Part shown: piece after piece, positions 55,988 to 64,000 of the stretch | How the letters are laid out: each line of letters opens with the position of its first letter | How positions within the stretch are numbered: position 1 is the first letter of the stretch | Source of the DNA: an uncultured Granulosicoccaceae bacterium | GTDB lineage: Bacteria > Pseudomonadota > Gammaproteobacteria > Granulosicoccales > Granulosicoccaceae | Assembly: GCA_964550655.1 (NCBI GenBank) | Contig: CAZKAQ010000001.1 | Location: forward strand, 16,536-80,535 | Length of the DNA: 64,000 bases | Direction: 5' to 3' | Made by a program: the position numbers and the translations under genes | Notes under the pieces: model-generated | Database searches by the model: none | Seen by the model: only the letters and a program-made list of their open reading frames with translations | Told to the model about the DNA's origin: nothing

Positions 55988-56388
55988 TAGCTATCCATGG
56001 TTGCTGTCTTGATCCTGATTGCTCTAGGGTCGGCGGACGGGCCGCCATTCAAAAACTCGCGATCCTGCGATTTTGTCTCTTATTCGCATTTCAAAGCCAC
56101 ATACAAATATTAAAACAATGAATACCACATAAACAACAGCTTTGTTGCCCTCACGTTACTTGTAGTACGACATCGCTCGATCGCCAATTATTCTTCCTAT
56201 GATAAAAAGTATACATTGCCTGGGCAGTATTTTAAACGTGTGATCATATCGCCGGGATTTCTTATAACCCTGCCACTAACCCTGATTGTTGAGTTAATCA
56301 GATTTTCAAGGAGGTGTAGCGGCATTACAGCACAATATAATTGTTCCGTAAGCGACGCGTTTTTTTCAGGCTGGTATGAGTACCGGCC

Positions 56389-57309
56389 TTATCCACCAGA
56401 CTGGTTGATGGCCACGCGCAGATGTCCTGAAGTATCTCCCAGAATACTCTGCGCCTCTGCATGTGATACCCCGGTGAGGTTCATTAGTATGGCGGCTTTC
56501 ACGTCGTACCGGCTTTGCTCTAAAACATCGGCTGCAGTTTGTCTTGTGCATCCTGTCGCTTGCGACACAATGTTGATTGCGCGCGCTGCGAGTTTTTCAT
56601 TGCTTGCCACCACATCAACCATCAGGTTTTGATAGCACTTGCCAATTTTTACCATACTGGCTGTTGTGAGCATATTGAGCACAAGCTTCTGTGCAGTACC
56701 TGATTTTAATCGCGTTGACCCGGTCAGTACTTCAGGGCCTACCACAGGTGCAATGGTTATATCTGAAAATCCCGAGATCTCTGAATCGGCATTGCAAGTC
56801 AGTGCGATGGTTTGGGCCCCTGTTGATTTTGCATAGGCGAGTGCTCCCAGTACATAAGGTGTGCGCCCACTGGCAGCAATACCGACGACAACATCTTTAT
56901 CAGTAAGGGTATGTTCAATGAGATCGAGCTTTCCCGCTTCAGGTGAGTCTTCAGCGTTTTCCTTTGACCGGAAGACAGCATCGCTGCCTCCGGCAATTAA
57001 CCCGATCACCATGTCTTCAGCAACGCCAAAGGTAGGCGGGCACTCGGATGCATCAAGTATACCCAGCCGTCCGCTGGTTCCGGCACCCGTATACAAAAGA
57101 CGTCCACCGCTACGGAAGGCATCGCTGATGACATCGACGGCTTTGGCTATTTGCGGTAACTCTTTTTCAATGGCCAGTGGAACCAGCTTATCCTGTTGAT
57201 TGATTGCGCTTACCAGTTCAATTGAACTGAGCGTATCGAGCTCCATAGTGTCCGGATTACGCTCTTCAGATGATAGCTTTGACAACGTTTCAAACAATTC
57301 ATCACGCAT
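56389..57309 (-). CDS. murQ: N-acetylmuramic acid 6-phosphate etherase
   Basis: '[10 protein letters not shown]', '[28 protein letters not shown]' and '[17 protein letters not shown]'. AGGA RBS. Confidence 0.9.
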   Translation of the reverse strand: MRDELFETLSKLSSEERNPDTMELDTLSSIELVSAINQQDKLVPLAIEKELPQIAKAVDVISDAFRSGGRLLYTGAGTSGRLGILDASECPPTFGVAEDMVIGLIAGGSDAVFRSKENAEDSPEAGKLDLIEHTLTDKDVVVGIAASGRTPYVLGALAYAKSTGAQTIALTCNADSEISGFSDITIAPVVGPEVLTGSTRLKSGTAQKLVLNMLTTASMVKIGKCYQNLMVDVVASNEKLAARAINIVSQATGCTRQTAADVLEQSRYDVKAAILMNLTGVSHAEAQSILGDTSGHLRVAINQSGG

Positions 57310-57327
57310 TGTTAATCCTGATCAACT

Positions 57328-58437
57328 TCAATTCGGTGCAGCATAGAGTACACCCAGAGAAGTCTGTTGTTTTGCACCGGTAACTGCTGGCAGGTTGCAT
57401 GGTTCATTGTGTATACGCTGGCGGGCGAGCCATGCAAACGCCATCGCCTCCATATAGTCTACAGATATACCGCGTTCAGTAGTCGGTATAACAAGCCAGT
57501 CCGGCAGATGCTGCTGCAGTTGCTGCATTACAAGCGGATTGTGCGCACCACCTCCACAGACAAGTAATTCATTGCTCGGGCCACTCCGGTAACGCTGTAC
57601 CTGAAGTGCTGTGGAGAGTGCTGTAAATTCACATAGAGTTCGTTGTACATCCTGCGGTAAACAGGATTCCGGCAGATGGCTTTCCAGCCATTGCAGATTA
57701 TAGTGTTCTCTGCCTGTGCTTTTGGGCGGTGCCAGAGACAGGTAGTTATCAGCTAATATGCGTTGCAGCAATGTGTTGTTTAGCTGCCCTTGTTGAGCCC
57801 ATTGTGCATTGTGATCATAACTTTTTTCTGTGTGCTGTTCACACCAGGCATCCATCAGTATATTTCCAGGCCCGGTATCAAAACCAATAACGTTTCCGTC
57901 AGCATCCAGCACAGTGATATTGGCTATGCCTCCTATATTGAGAACCACGGTGGTGGAGTCGCGCTGTGGAAATAAAAATTGATGAAACGCAGGTGCCAAT
58001 GGCGCACCCTGACCACCCAGTGCGATATCAAGGCGACGGAAGTCGGCAATAGTATCTATACCGGTAGTTGCAGCGATCAGGTTTGCATCACCGAGTTGAA
58101 TTGTAAAAGGCGAGTCTCCTGTTGGCTGATGGCAGACGGTCTGACCGTGGTTACCTATGGCTGTTATCGAGCTGGCGTCAACTTTTGCCTGTTCGAGCAG
58201 GTTGATTACCGCTGTTGCATAGAGCTTTGCTAATTTGTGATCGATAAGACCTAAAAGTGAAAGCGTGGTCTTCTGCTCAGAGCTGATTGTGAGAATCTGC
58301 TGACGTAGTGCATGTGGTATGGGTAGTTGATAACTACTGAGTAGTTCAATGTTGTCTGTGTCAATAGATACCAGCGCGGCATCTATCGCATCCAGGCTGG
58401 TGCCGGACATTAAACCTACATAAAGTTCGTCTGCCAC
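57328..58437 (-). CDS. anmK: Anhydro-N-acetylmuramic acid kinase
   Basis: 'YVGLMSGTSLDAIDAALV', 'NIGGIANI', 'FDTGPGN', 'VCGGGAHN'. GTG start. Confidence 0.9.
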   Translation of the reverse strand: MADELYVGLMSGTSLDAIDAALVSIDTDNIELLSSYQLPIPHALRQQILTISSEQKTTLSLLGLIDHKLAKLYATAVINLLEQAKVDASSITAIGNHGQTVCHQPTGDSPFTIQLGDANLIAATTGIDTIADFRRLDIALGGQGAPLAPAFHQFLFPQRDSTTVVLNIGGIANITVLDADGNVIGFDTGPGNILMDAWCEQHTEKSYDHNAQWAQQGQLNNTLLQRILADNYLSLAPPKSTGREHYNLQWLESHLPESCLPQDVQRTLCEFTALSTALQVQRYRSGPSNELLVCGGGAHNPLVMQQLQQHLPDWLVIPTTERGISVDYMEAMAFAWLARQRIHNEPCNLPAVTGAKQQTSLGVLYAAPN

Positions 58438-58729
58438 TTTTAACTCATCAGTATCTTCCGAGCGATATTGTAGTTAATTTGTAGTTCAGCAACGAGTAAT
58501 AAATACTATTGCAGGTGGTGTGTTTCATCTGGTTGGGTCTGCAGGCATGCGTTTTGCCGCACTTGCGGTTGTGGGCAGAGGACTGATATCTGTCGCCGGA
58601 TCGCGCTTTGTCCTGCGGTGAGCAGGCCGCCAGAGTGGAGTATGGCGTTTGTAAGGGCCTGGTCCACAGTATCCAGCCATTCCGGGCTGGTGAGTCTGGC
58701 GGGAAACTGACTTTTGTGAGAGGGTTCAA

Positions 58730-59362
58730 ATGAGTGAACTCAGCGCTGATAATAGGGTCTTAACAGGCATGAAAACGAAAATACAGACACAGCAAATTAG
58801 AAACTACCGCTACCTGATCATGTGGTGCGGTCTGCTTTTAACCGGATTATTGTTGTCGGTCGCGCAAAGCGTTTCCGCCGCCGGGATCGAGACTGCCCAA
58901 CTCAGCGCTGAACAAAGAGCCCATATAAGCGAATTGCCGAGCATTCTGACAGCTGAACAGACCATCACTGACGATATTCCGTTCGATGATCGTGTAGTGG
59001 TAGTGACATTTTTTGCCAGCTGGTGTCCGCCTTGTCTGGATGAATTTAAAGCCTTAAATGCTATCAAAAACAAACTCGGTACGGACAACATCACTATAGT
59101 TGCACTTAACGTGTTTGAAGAGTTTGACGACAACGATGAAGTCAGGATGGCCAAATTTCTGGATAACACACAACCTGAGTTCCGGGTGCTGGAAGGCACA
59201 GATGAAAGCCGCGAGCTGTTCGGCGGTATAAACCGTATACCGACCTTACTCGTCTATGACAGAACCGGTAATATGGCATTTAATTTTGTGCACAAGCGCG
59301 GTGCCAAAAAACAATCCGTTGATGAGTCGGAATTACTGGGTGCAATAGAACCGCTTTTATAG
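58730..59362 (+). CDS. TlpA/redoxin-family periplasmic thiol-disulfide oxidoreductase
   Basis: Signal/TM 'LIMWCGLLLTGLLLSVAQSVSA' and the thioredoxin motif 'FFASWCPPCLDEF'. The start may be the internal ATG (MKTKIQ...). Confidence 0.75.
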   Translation: MSELSADNRVLTGMKTKIQTQQIRNYRYLIMWCGLLLTGLLLSVAQSVSAAGIETAQLSAEQRAHISELPSILTAEQTITDDIPFDDRVVVVTFFASWCPPCLDEFKALNAIKNKLGTDNITIVALNVFEEFDDNDEVRMAKFLDNTQPEFRVLEGTDESRELFGGINRIPTLLVYDRTGNMAFNFVHKRGAKKQSVDESELLGAIEPLL

Positions 59363-60526
59363 CAGCAGTCTTTTGGCGAGGCCGGGAGTCTGGGTTTTCA
59401 GAATTCTGTCTGTTGCTAAAATATTCTGCATAAGCGCAAGGTCATGCTTCAAGCTCATTATAAACGGGTACCACTCTCGTGCCAGCGGGCTTTTCCAGCG
59501 CCACAAACACTCCTCAATTGCCTGCTCGACTTCAGCAGTGGGTAACGCGCAGTCTGGCTGTACCGTCGCCTGATGATCACCAAAACATGGTTGCAGAAAA
59601 TAGTCTGCAATGTGCAGGAAGGCATCCGGTACACCATGTCGCTTTAATACCTTGTGCCATGCTTCGGTGCTGTGCTGAACACCATGTGTGGCGGATACAA
59701 TTTCCATGATCAGTTTATCCGTGAACGGCAAGCCGGTAGGATTGATCAGGTATTCATTGATGTCTGTTCTGCCGGTCCACGGACCAATGAACAGCCTCCG
59801 TGGGCAATAATCGTTGGCATAGAAGTTATCCCAGACTACCGTGCGATGTTTCAGTGATTGAGGTTTATCTGTGGTGTTTTTACCGAGCTGCGTGAGATCA
59901 CTGTATTGGACACTACTTGCAACGATAGCTTTACCACATAGTAAAACGGTATGTTGTGGTTTTAGCTCGGTAAAGAAATCTTCGAGGTAGTTGTCTTTGT
60001 TTTCAATTTCATTCGCATATACCCGTGGTACCGTCCAGAGTGGGCGACCCAATGCATCCGATAACTGATTGACAGTGCGTGCGTGAGCGGTACCCTCACT
60101 GATGCTAATTTTCTGATTAAAATTGTCATCTATATCATCCCATAGAATCAGAATTTCAGTGGCACCTGCCTGCAAATATTGTTGTGTTTTGCGCTGCAGA
60201 TGATCAAAATCGGTGCTTGTGTCCGGACTGTTGGCTTGAGTGTTAAATTGAAAATCTAATCCCGGTGCAATCCCTGCGATAACAGATACATCCATGCCTC
60301 TGGCATCGGTACAAAAATCTGCAAATGACTTGTGCCATTGTGAAGAATGTGATTCCCGCCAATTTAATCGGTGTTGAGGGTCTTCTTTGGGGGCATAGCA
60401 AAAGGTGTTGAGGCCCAGTGATGACAGACATTGCGTTATTTCCAGGCGTTCACGGAAGGTAAGCAGTTTGCCGTAATAGCCTTCAACATAACCGCGTATA
60501 AATGTACTTGTATTTTGCTTAGTCAC
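59357..60526 (-). CDS. GH84-like beta-N-acetylglucosaminidase (O-GlcNAcase/NagJ-like), cytoplasmic
   Basis: 'RGYVEGYYGKLLTFRERLEI...LGLNTFCYAPKEDPQHR' parallels GH84 'GVIEGFYGRPW...N.Y.YAPKDD..HR'. The catalytic Asp pair sits in 'ILILWDDIDD'. There is no signal peptide. Confidence 0.7.
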   Translation of the reverse strand: MTKQNTSTFIRGYVEGYYGKLLTFRERLEITQCLSSLGLNTFCYAPKEDPQHRLNWRESHSSQWHKSFADFCTDARGMDVSVIAGIAPGLDFQFNTQANSPDTSTDFDHLQRKTQQYLQAGATEILILWDDIDDNFNQKISISEGTAHARTVNQLSDALGRPLWTVPRVYANEIENKDNYLEDFFTELKPQHTVLLCGKAIVASSVQYSDLTQLGKNTTDKPQSLKHRTVVWDNFYANDYCPRRLFIGPWTGRTDINEYLINPTGLPFTDKLIMEIVSATHGVQHSTEAWHKVLKRHGVPDAFLHIADYFLQPCFGDHQATVQPDCALPTAEVEQAIEECLWRWKSPLAREWYPFIMSLKHDLALMQNILATDRILKTQTPGLAKRLLL

Positions 60527-60704
60527 GGTATCAGCCTTGCGGTTTTAATAGTGAAATGGCAGTTCACTGGTCAGGTGATTCTAAAGCACTCCAGCTTCAT
60601 TTCTGTATAAACATACTATCTGTCGTCTAATTGTGGCGTATTTGCAATAGCAGATGTTCTGCAGTTCAGGCTCCTCGGATATAATGTTCAAAAGAGGGAT
60701 GTTA

Positions 60705-62150
60705 ATGAATCAAACCGAACCGTCTCTGGCGGTATATGCAGATCGTCGCATGTTGCGGATACTGTTGCTTGGTGTTATCAGCGGTTTTCCGGCGATAATC
60801 ATTGGCACGGCTCTGACGGTGTGGCTTCAGGAAGACGGTTTGGATCGTAGCACCATTGGTTTTGCCAGTTTGATCTTTGCTGTGTACGCAATAAATTTCT
60901 GTTGGGCGCCACTGGTTGACAGAATACGGTTTCCATTCCTGAGCAACGATATCGGACATCGGAAGTCGTGGATATTTTTAATGCAGGCAATCATGTTGTT
61001 GTGCCTGTTGGTATGGACACAGCTCGATCCTACCGAGAGCCTGGGTCTTGTTGTAGCGATTGGGCTGGTGATTGCACTCTGCTCTGCAACTCAGGATATT
61101 TCTATAGATGCTCTGCGCATCGAACAAATTCCGGCGCAGGAAAAAGCCTCAATTGCAGCCGGTGCCGCGATCGCAGTAGTCGGCTGGCTGACCGGCTTCA
61201 AACTGGGTGGTGCAATTATGCTGTTCGCTGCAGATCGGTTGCAGGGGATGGGATATACCAACTACTGGCAATTGACCTTTGTTGTACTCGGATGCGTGAT
61301 TGTCGTTTTGAACTGGATGCTTTTGTTTGTACCGGAAGTGTCTGATGCTGACAGACGCAGGCAGCAACGCAATGCTCAACAAAAACTGGCCCGCGCACTG
61401 GGCACAGATGCAGTAGCTGAATCCGATGGCAAGTTTATCGGTGATTCCAAAAGCAAAGTACCCGGTGGGTCAGTTGTGCAAGTACCACTTTGGCTTGTCA
61501 GCACTTATCTCGGTCCGTTACAGAGTTTTTTCAAAAAGAACGGCTGGCAGATCGCTCTGGCAATTCTGGCGTTTGTATTTTTGTTTAAAATCGGCGAGGC
61601 CTTTATGGGCAAAATGTCGATTGTTTTTTACAAGGAAATGGGTTTTTCAAAGTCAGAAATTGCCATTTTCTCTAAATCACTTGGCTGGATAACCACCGTA
61701 GTGTTCACCTTATTGGGTGGCTGGTTTGCATTCAGGGCAGGAGTGGTAAAAGCACTTTTCATCGCAGGTGTTGCGATGGCCTGCACTAATCTGATGTTCT
61801 CCCTGTTGTCCTGGGTCGGGCCTTCCAAAGGTATGTTTGCACTTGCTGTGGTGGTGGACGATATCGCATCTGCGTTTGCAACTGTAGCTTTTGTTACCTT
61901 TATATCGCTACTGGTTGATCGTACCTATACCGCTACTCAATACGCATTGCTCGCATCAATTGGTACGCTCGGTCGCACCACCATGGGTGCCTACTCAGGT
62001 AAAATGGTCGATTCACTGGATGGCGACTGGGGTTTGTTTTTTATTATTACTACCCTGATGGTTATACCGTCACTGATTGTGCTTTGGTTTATACGCAATA
62101 AATTAAATTTGTCAGAAGCAACTGCTGTGATTGGTAAATCACGGCGATAA
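60705..62150 (+). CDS. ampG: AmpG-family muropeptide MFS permease
   Basis: 'RMLRILLLGVISGFP', 'YAINFCWAPLVDR', and about 14 TM segments with a charged central loop. Start trimmed to the ATG at 60705, which has 'GAGGG' upstream (track start 60654). Confidence 0.85.
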   Translation: MNQTEPSLAVYADRRMLRILLLGVISGFPAIIIGTALTVWLQEDGLDRSTIGFASLIFAVYAINFCWAPLVDRIRFPFLSNDIGHRKSWIFLMQAIMLLCLLVWTQLDPTESLGLVVAIGLVIALCSATQDISIDALRIEQIPAQEKASIAAGAAIAVVGWLTGFKLGGAIMLFAADRLQGMGYTNYWQLTFVVLGCVIVVLNWMLLFVPEVSDADRRRQQRNAQQKLARALGTDAVAESDGKFIGDSKSKVPGGSVVQVPLWLVSTYLGPLQSFFKKNGWQIALAILAFVFLFKIGEAFMGKMSIVFYKEMGFSKSEIAIFSKSLGWITTVVFTLLGGWFAFRAGVVKALFIAGVAMACTNLMFSLLSWVGPSKGMFALAVVVDDIASAFATVAFVTFISLLVDRTYTATQYALLASIGTLGRTTMGAYSGKMVDSLDGDWGLFFIITTLMVIPSLIVLWFIRNKLNLSEATAVIGKSRR

Positions 62151-62186
62151 TCCGGACTATTCATGAAATGAATTACATCTTACAAG

Positions 62187-62603
62187 CTACGTATGGCCTA
62201 CTTTGTTGCGTGATGACCACCAATCTTTGGCGTCAAAGTTGGGACAGGTTTTTTCTGTGTACTCAAAGTCACAATGGCCAACAACTTCTGCTTGCGGGTG
62301 CCGGACTGTCCATTCCCGAAGTACTTTTTCCAGTGCAGTAAACTGTGCATCAGTAAATTCTGTTCTGCCAATCAGACAGACGCCAAGTGAAATCTCGTTG
62401 TGACCGTATACATGGGCGCCTATCCAGTAGTCCGGGCGGCCCGGTTCAATGAGTCCATCGCGGTTAATGACTCGGTGATAACCCACACCATGCCAGCCAA
62501 AGCCCAGGTGCATAGCATGGATGTCTTTCGCTGTAACTGGCTCATCATCAGGTGTGTCTGAGCAATGTACGACCAGATAGCGGATGTTATTAGCGTCAAG
62601 CAT
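62187..62603 (-). CDS. ampD: Cytoplasmic N-acetylmuramoyl-L-alanine amidase (amidase_2; AmpD / T7-lysozyme-like, short form)
   Basis: 'LVVHCSDT', 'GYHRVINRDG', 'GAHVYGHNEISLGVCLIG', 'VVGHCDF...KTCPNFD...WW', collinear with T7 lysozyme as recalled. 138 aa and no signal peptide. Confidence 0.75.
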   Translation of the reverse strand: MLDANNIRYLVVHCSDTPDDEPVTAKDIHAMHLGFGWHGVGYHRVINRDGLIEPGRPDYWIGAHVYGHNEISLGVCLIGRTEFTDAQFTALEKVLREWTVRHPQAEVVGHCDFEYTEKTCPNFDAKDWWSSRNKVGHT

Positions 62604-62708
62604 ATTTACTGGCCCGGATATTCATGAAGTAGCGAGCATATCGCGCAGAGAAATTTTTTCACAGTGTTTGTAGCAAACAAAGATCAGATGATTGAGTGAA
62701 TAGCTGGG

Positions 62709-63764
62709 CTACTGACCCCATACCCGTTGCAGAACATCCAGCCAGTTCCTGCAGCAAAGCTTTTTTATCAGCTCTTCTGAATATCCATGTGAGTGCATTG
62801 CTTTGACCAGTGAGGGCAAGCCACTGACTGAGCCTATAGCTTCCGGCACAACGGCGCCATCAAAGTCTGAACCTAAACCGACCCGGTCTTCTCCCAGAGC
62901 AGTAATCAGATAATCCATATGACGGAGGACTTCTTCTATGCTGGTGTCACTTCGCATCTGTCCATCCTGACGCAAAAATGATGTCGCCAGATTAACGCCT
63001 GCCAGACCATTGCTATCTTTGATTGCATTGAGTTGATGGTCGGTTAAATTACGGGTACTCGGGCAAAGTGCGTGTGCATTGGAATGTGTTGCTACCAGTG
63101 GTGCATTGCTGAGTCGGGCGATATCGTCGAAGCCTTTTTCATTTATATGTGATAGATCAATTAAAATTTTGAGCTCATTGCAGCGTGCTACCAGTTCTTT
63201 TCCCTGTTTTGTTAAGCCTGGCCCTGTATCAGGGGAGCCCGGAAATTTAAAAGGTACGCCATGTGCAAATCTGTTCGGCCGGCTCCAGACCGGACCCAGT
63301 GATCGCAGACCCAGTTGGTAGAGTATATCAAGGTTAAGCAAGTCATCATCTATTGCTTCGGCTCCTTCAAGGTGCATCACTGCGGCGACAGCTCCATCGT
63401 TTATTGTCTGTTCTATTTCAGTGGCACTAACGCATAACTTCATGCGACCGGAAGACTGTGCGATAAATTGGTGTAGTAGGCCCGCCTGACGCATGACAAC
63501 AGGCAGTGCGACTTCAAGCGGTAATTTTGGTGGCAGAGGAACGTTGTAACTTTCGCCGTTAAGTTCATCGAAATTCAGTTCCCCGTCGCCTGGCAGAGGA
63601 GAGACGTACATGGCAAACATTCCACCCGACATACTCCCACTGATCATGCGAGGCAAATCAATGTGCCCCTGATTGTCACCCTGCACGAAAGCTTCGACTG
63701 CGCGATTGACCGGCAGATCAATCAGACGTGTGAGTACGTCATTGTGACCGTCAAAAATATTCAA
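62709..63764 (-). CDS. M19-family membrane (renal-type) dipeptidase
   Basis: 'FDGHNDV', 'HLEGAE', 'IDLSHINEKGF', 'VATHSNA', 'GLGSDFDG'. TTG start as given in the track. Confidence 0.85.
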   Translation of the reverse strand: MNIFDGHNDVLTRLIDLPVNRAVEAFVQGDNQGHIDLPRMISGSMSGGMFAMYVSPLPGDGELNFDELNGESYNVPLPPKLPLEVALPVVMRQAGLLHQFIAQSSGRMKLCVSATEIEQTINDGAVAAVMHLEGAEAIDDDLLNLDILYQLGLRSLGPVWSRPNRFAHGVPFKFPGSPDTGPGLTKQGKELVARCNELKILIDLSHINEKGFDDIARLSNAPLVATHSNAHALCPSTRNLTDHQLNAIKDSNGLAGVNLATSFLRQDGQMRSDTSIEEVLRHMDYLITALGEDRVGLGSDFDGAVVPEAIGSVSGLPSLVKAMHSHGYSEELIKKLCCRNWLDVLQRVWGQ

Positions 63765-64000
63765 GTTGTGTCTTCGATGTTATCTGTAGTTAAAGTGGTA
63801 TAACTTATTTGTGGTGTTTGTATGCTGCGGTACACTGTATGCCGATATTAAACCAGACGGTAATATAATTGAAAACGGCCAGAATTTCTAAAACTGCCTG
63901 TGCGGTTAAATCAGCGCCGTCCAATGACGCTGAGTCCAGCAGTGAAGTGTTGTTTGGAGAAACCCTATTAGTACAGGAATCCACAGATAATTTCAGTAAA

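Noticed and set aside
63869-64000. A plus-strand reading frame, open to the window end, starts at TTG 63869 (MKTARISKTACAVKSAPSNDAESS...) and is preceded by a TATAAT-like 'taatataat'.
   Set aside because: Only 44 codons are visible, it has a non-ATG start, and I recognise no family. That is too little evidence to call a gene.
1-64000. I searched for mobile elements, integrases, toxin-antitoxin pairs, restriction-modification or other defence systems, and tRNA/rRNA genes.
   Set aside because: No transposase, integrase, phage, Cas or methyltransferase-like translations appear in any frame. No tRNA-like T-arm motifs were seen in the intergenic regions. The only compositional anomaly, the pan operon, has no flanking repeats or mobility genes.

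Overview
This is a gene-dense 64-kb chromosomal segment with about 60 CDS on both strands. The protein complement looks like a marine heterotrophic gammaproteobacterium, but that taxon is only a guess from gene content. I recognised no rRNA, tRNA, CRISPR array, transposase, integrase or prophage genes.

Main blocks, left to right:
- **1-11.2 kb, mixed housekeeping genes.** A MATCAP-like DUF1704 protein, a SWIM-SNF2 helicase, a CoA-type Nudix hydrolase, DUF924, an SDR epimerase, a eukaryote-type chorismate mutase, a SulP transporter, a 2OG oxygenase and Dps.
- **11.5-20.2 kb, thiamine locus (minus strand).** A clear TPP riboswitch precedes thiD, a ThiZXY-like pyrimidine-precursor ABC importer, then thiO-thiS-thiG-thiE. 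A divergent SHMT-like PLP enzyme and tenA follow.
- **20.3-21.5 kb.** An output-less CXXCH/HAMP/coiled-coil membrane sensor.
- **21.7-24.1 kb.** A lower-GC pan operon (Rossmann reductase-like gene, panB, panC).
- **24.4-30.2 kb.** Porin, a probable lipoprotein and two tandem TPR-sulfotransferase paralogs.
- **30.6-30.9 kb.** An unexplained GC-rich island of about 306 nt, closed by a 9-bp inverted repeat. It is a candidate structured RNA or MITE.
- **31.9-55.7 kb, compatible-solute / N-methylamine island.**
  - A proXWV-type importer followed by an EamA transporter.
  - An M24 hydrolase, a PhyH dioxygenase and two Asp/Glu-racemase-like proteins.
  - Two DMGDH-like FAD/GcvT enzymes, an enolase-superfamily enzyme and a HemL-like aminotransferase.
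  - An RpiR regulator, a Rieske oxygenase and a sulfotransferase-like protein.
- **56.4-63.8 kb, peptidoglycan-recycling cluster.** murQ, anmK, ampG and a small AmpD/T7-lysozyme-like amidase, with a GH84 (O-GlcNAcase-like) hydrolase where NagZ would be expected, plus an M19 dipeptidase.

The ORF track reports longest ORFs with alternative start codons, so I trimmed several starts to internal ATGs that have better context. All family calls come from motif and pattern recognition by eye. No database search was run.
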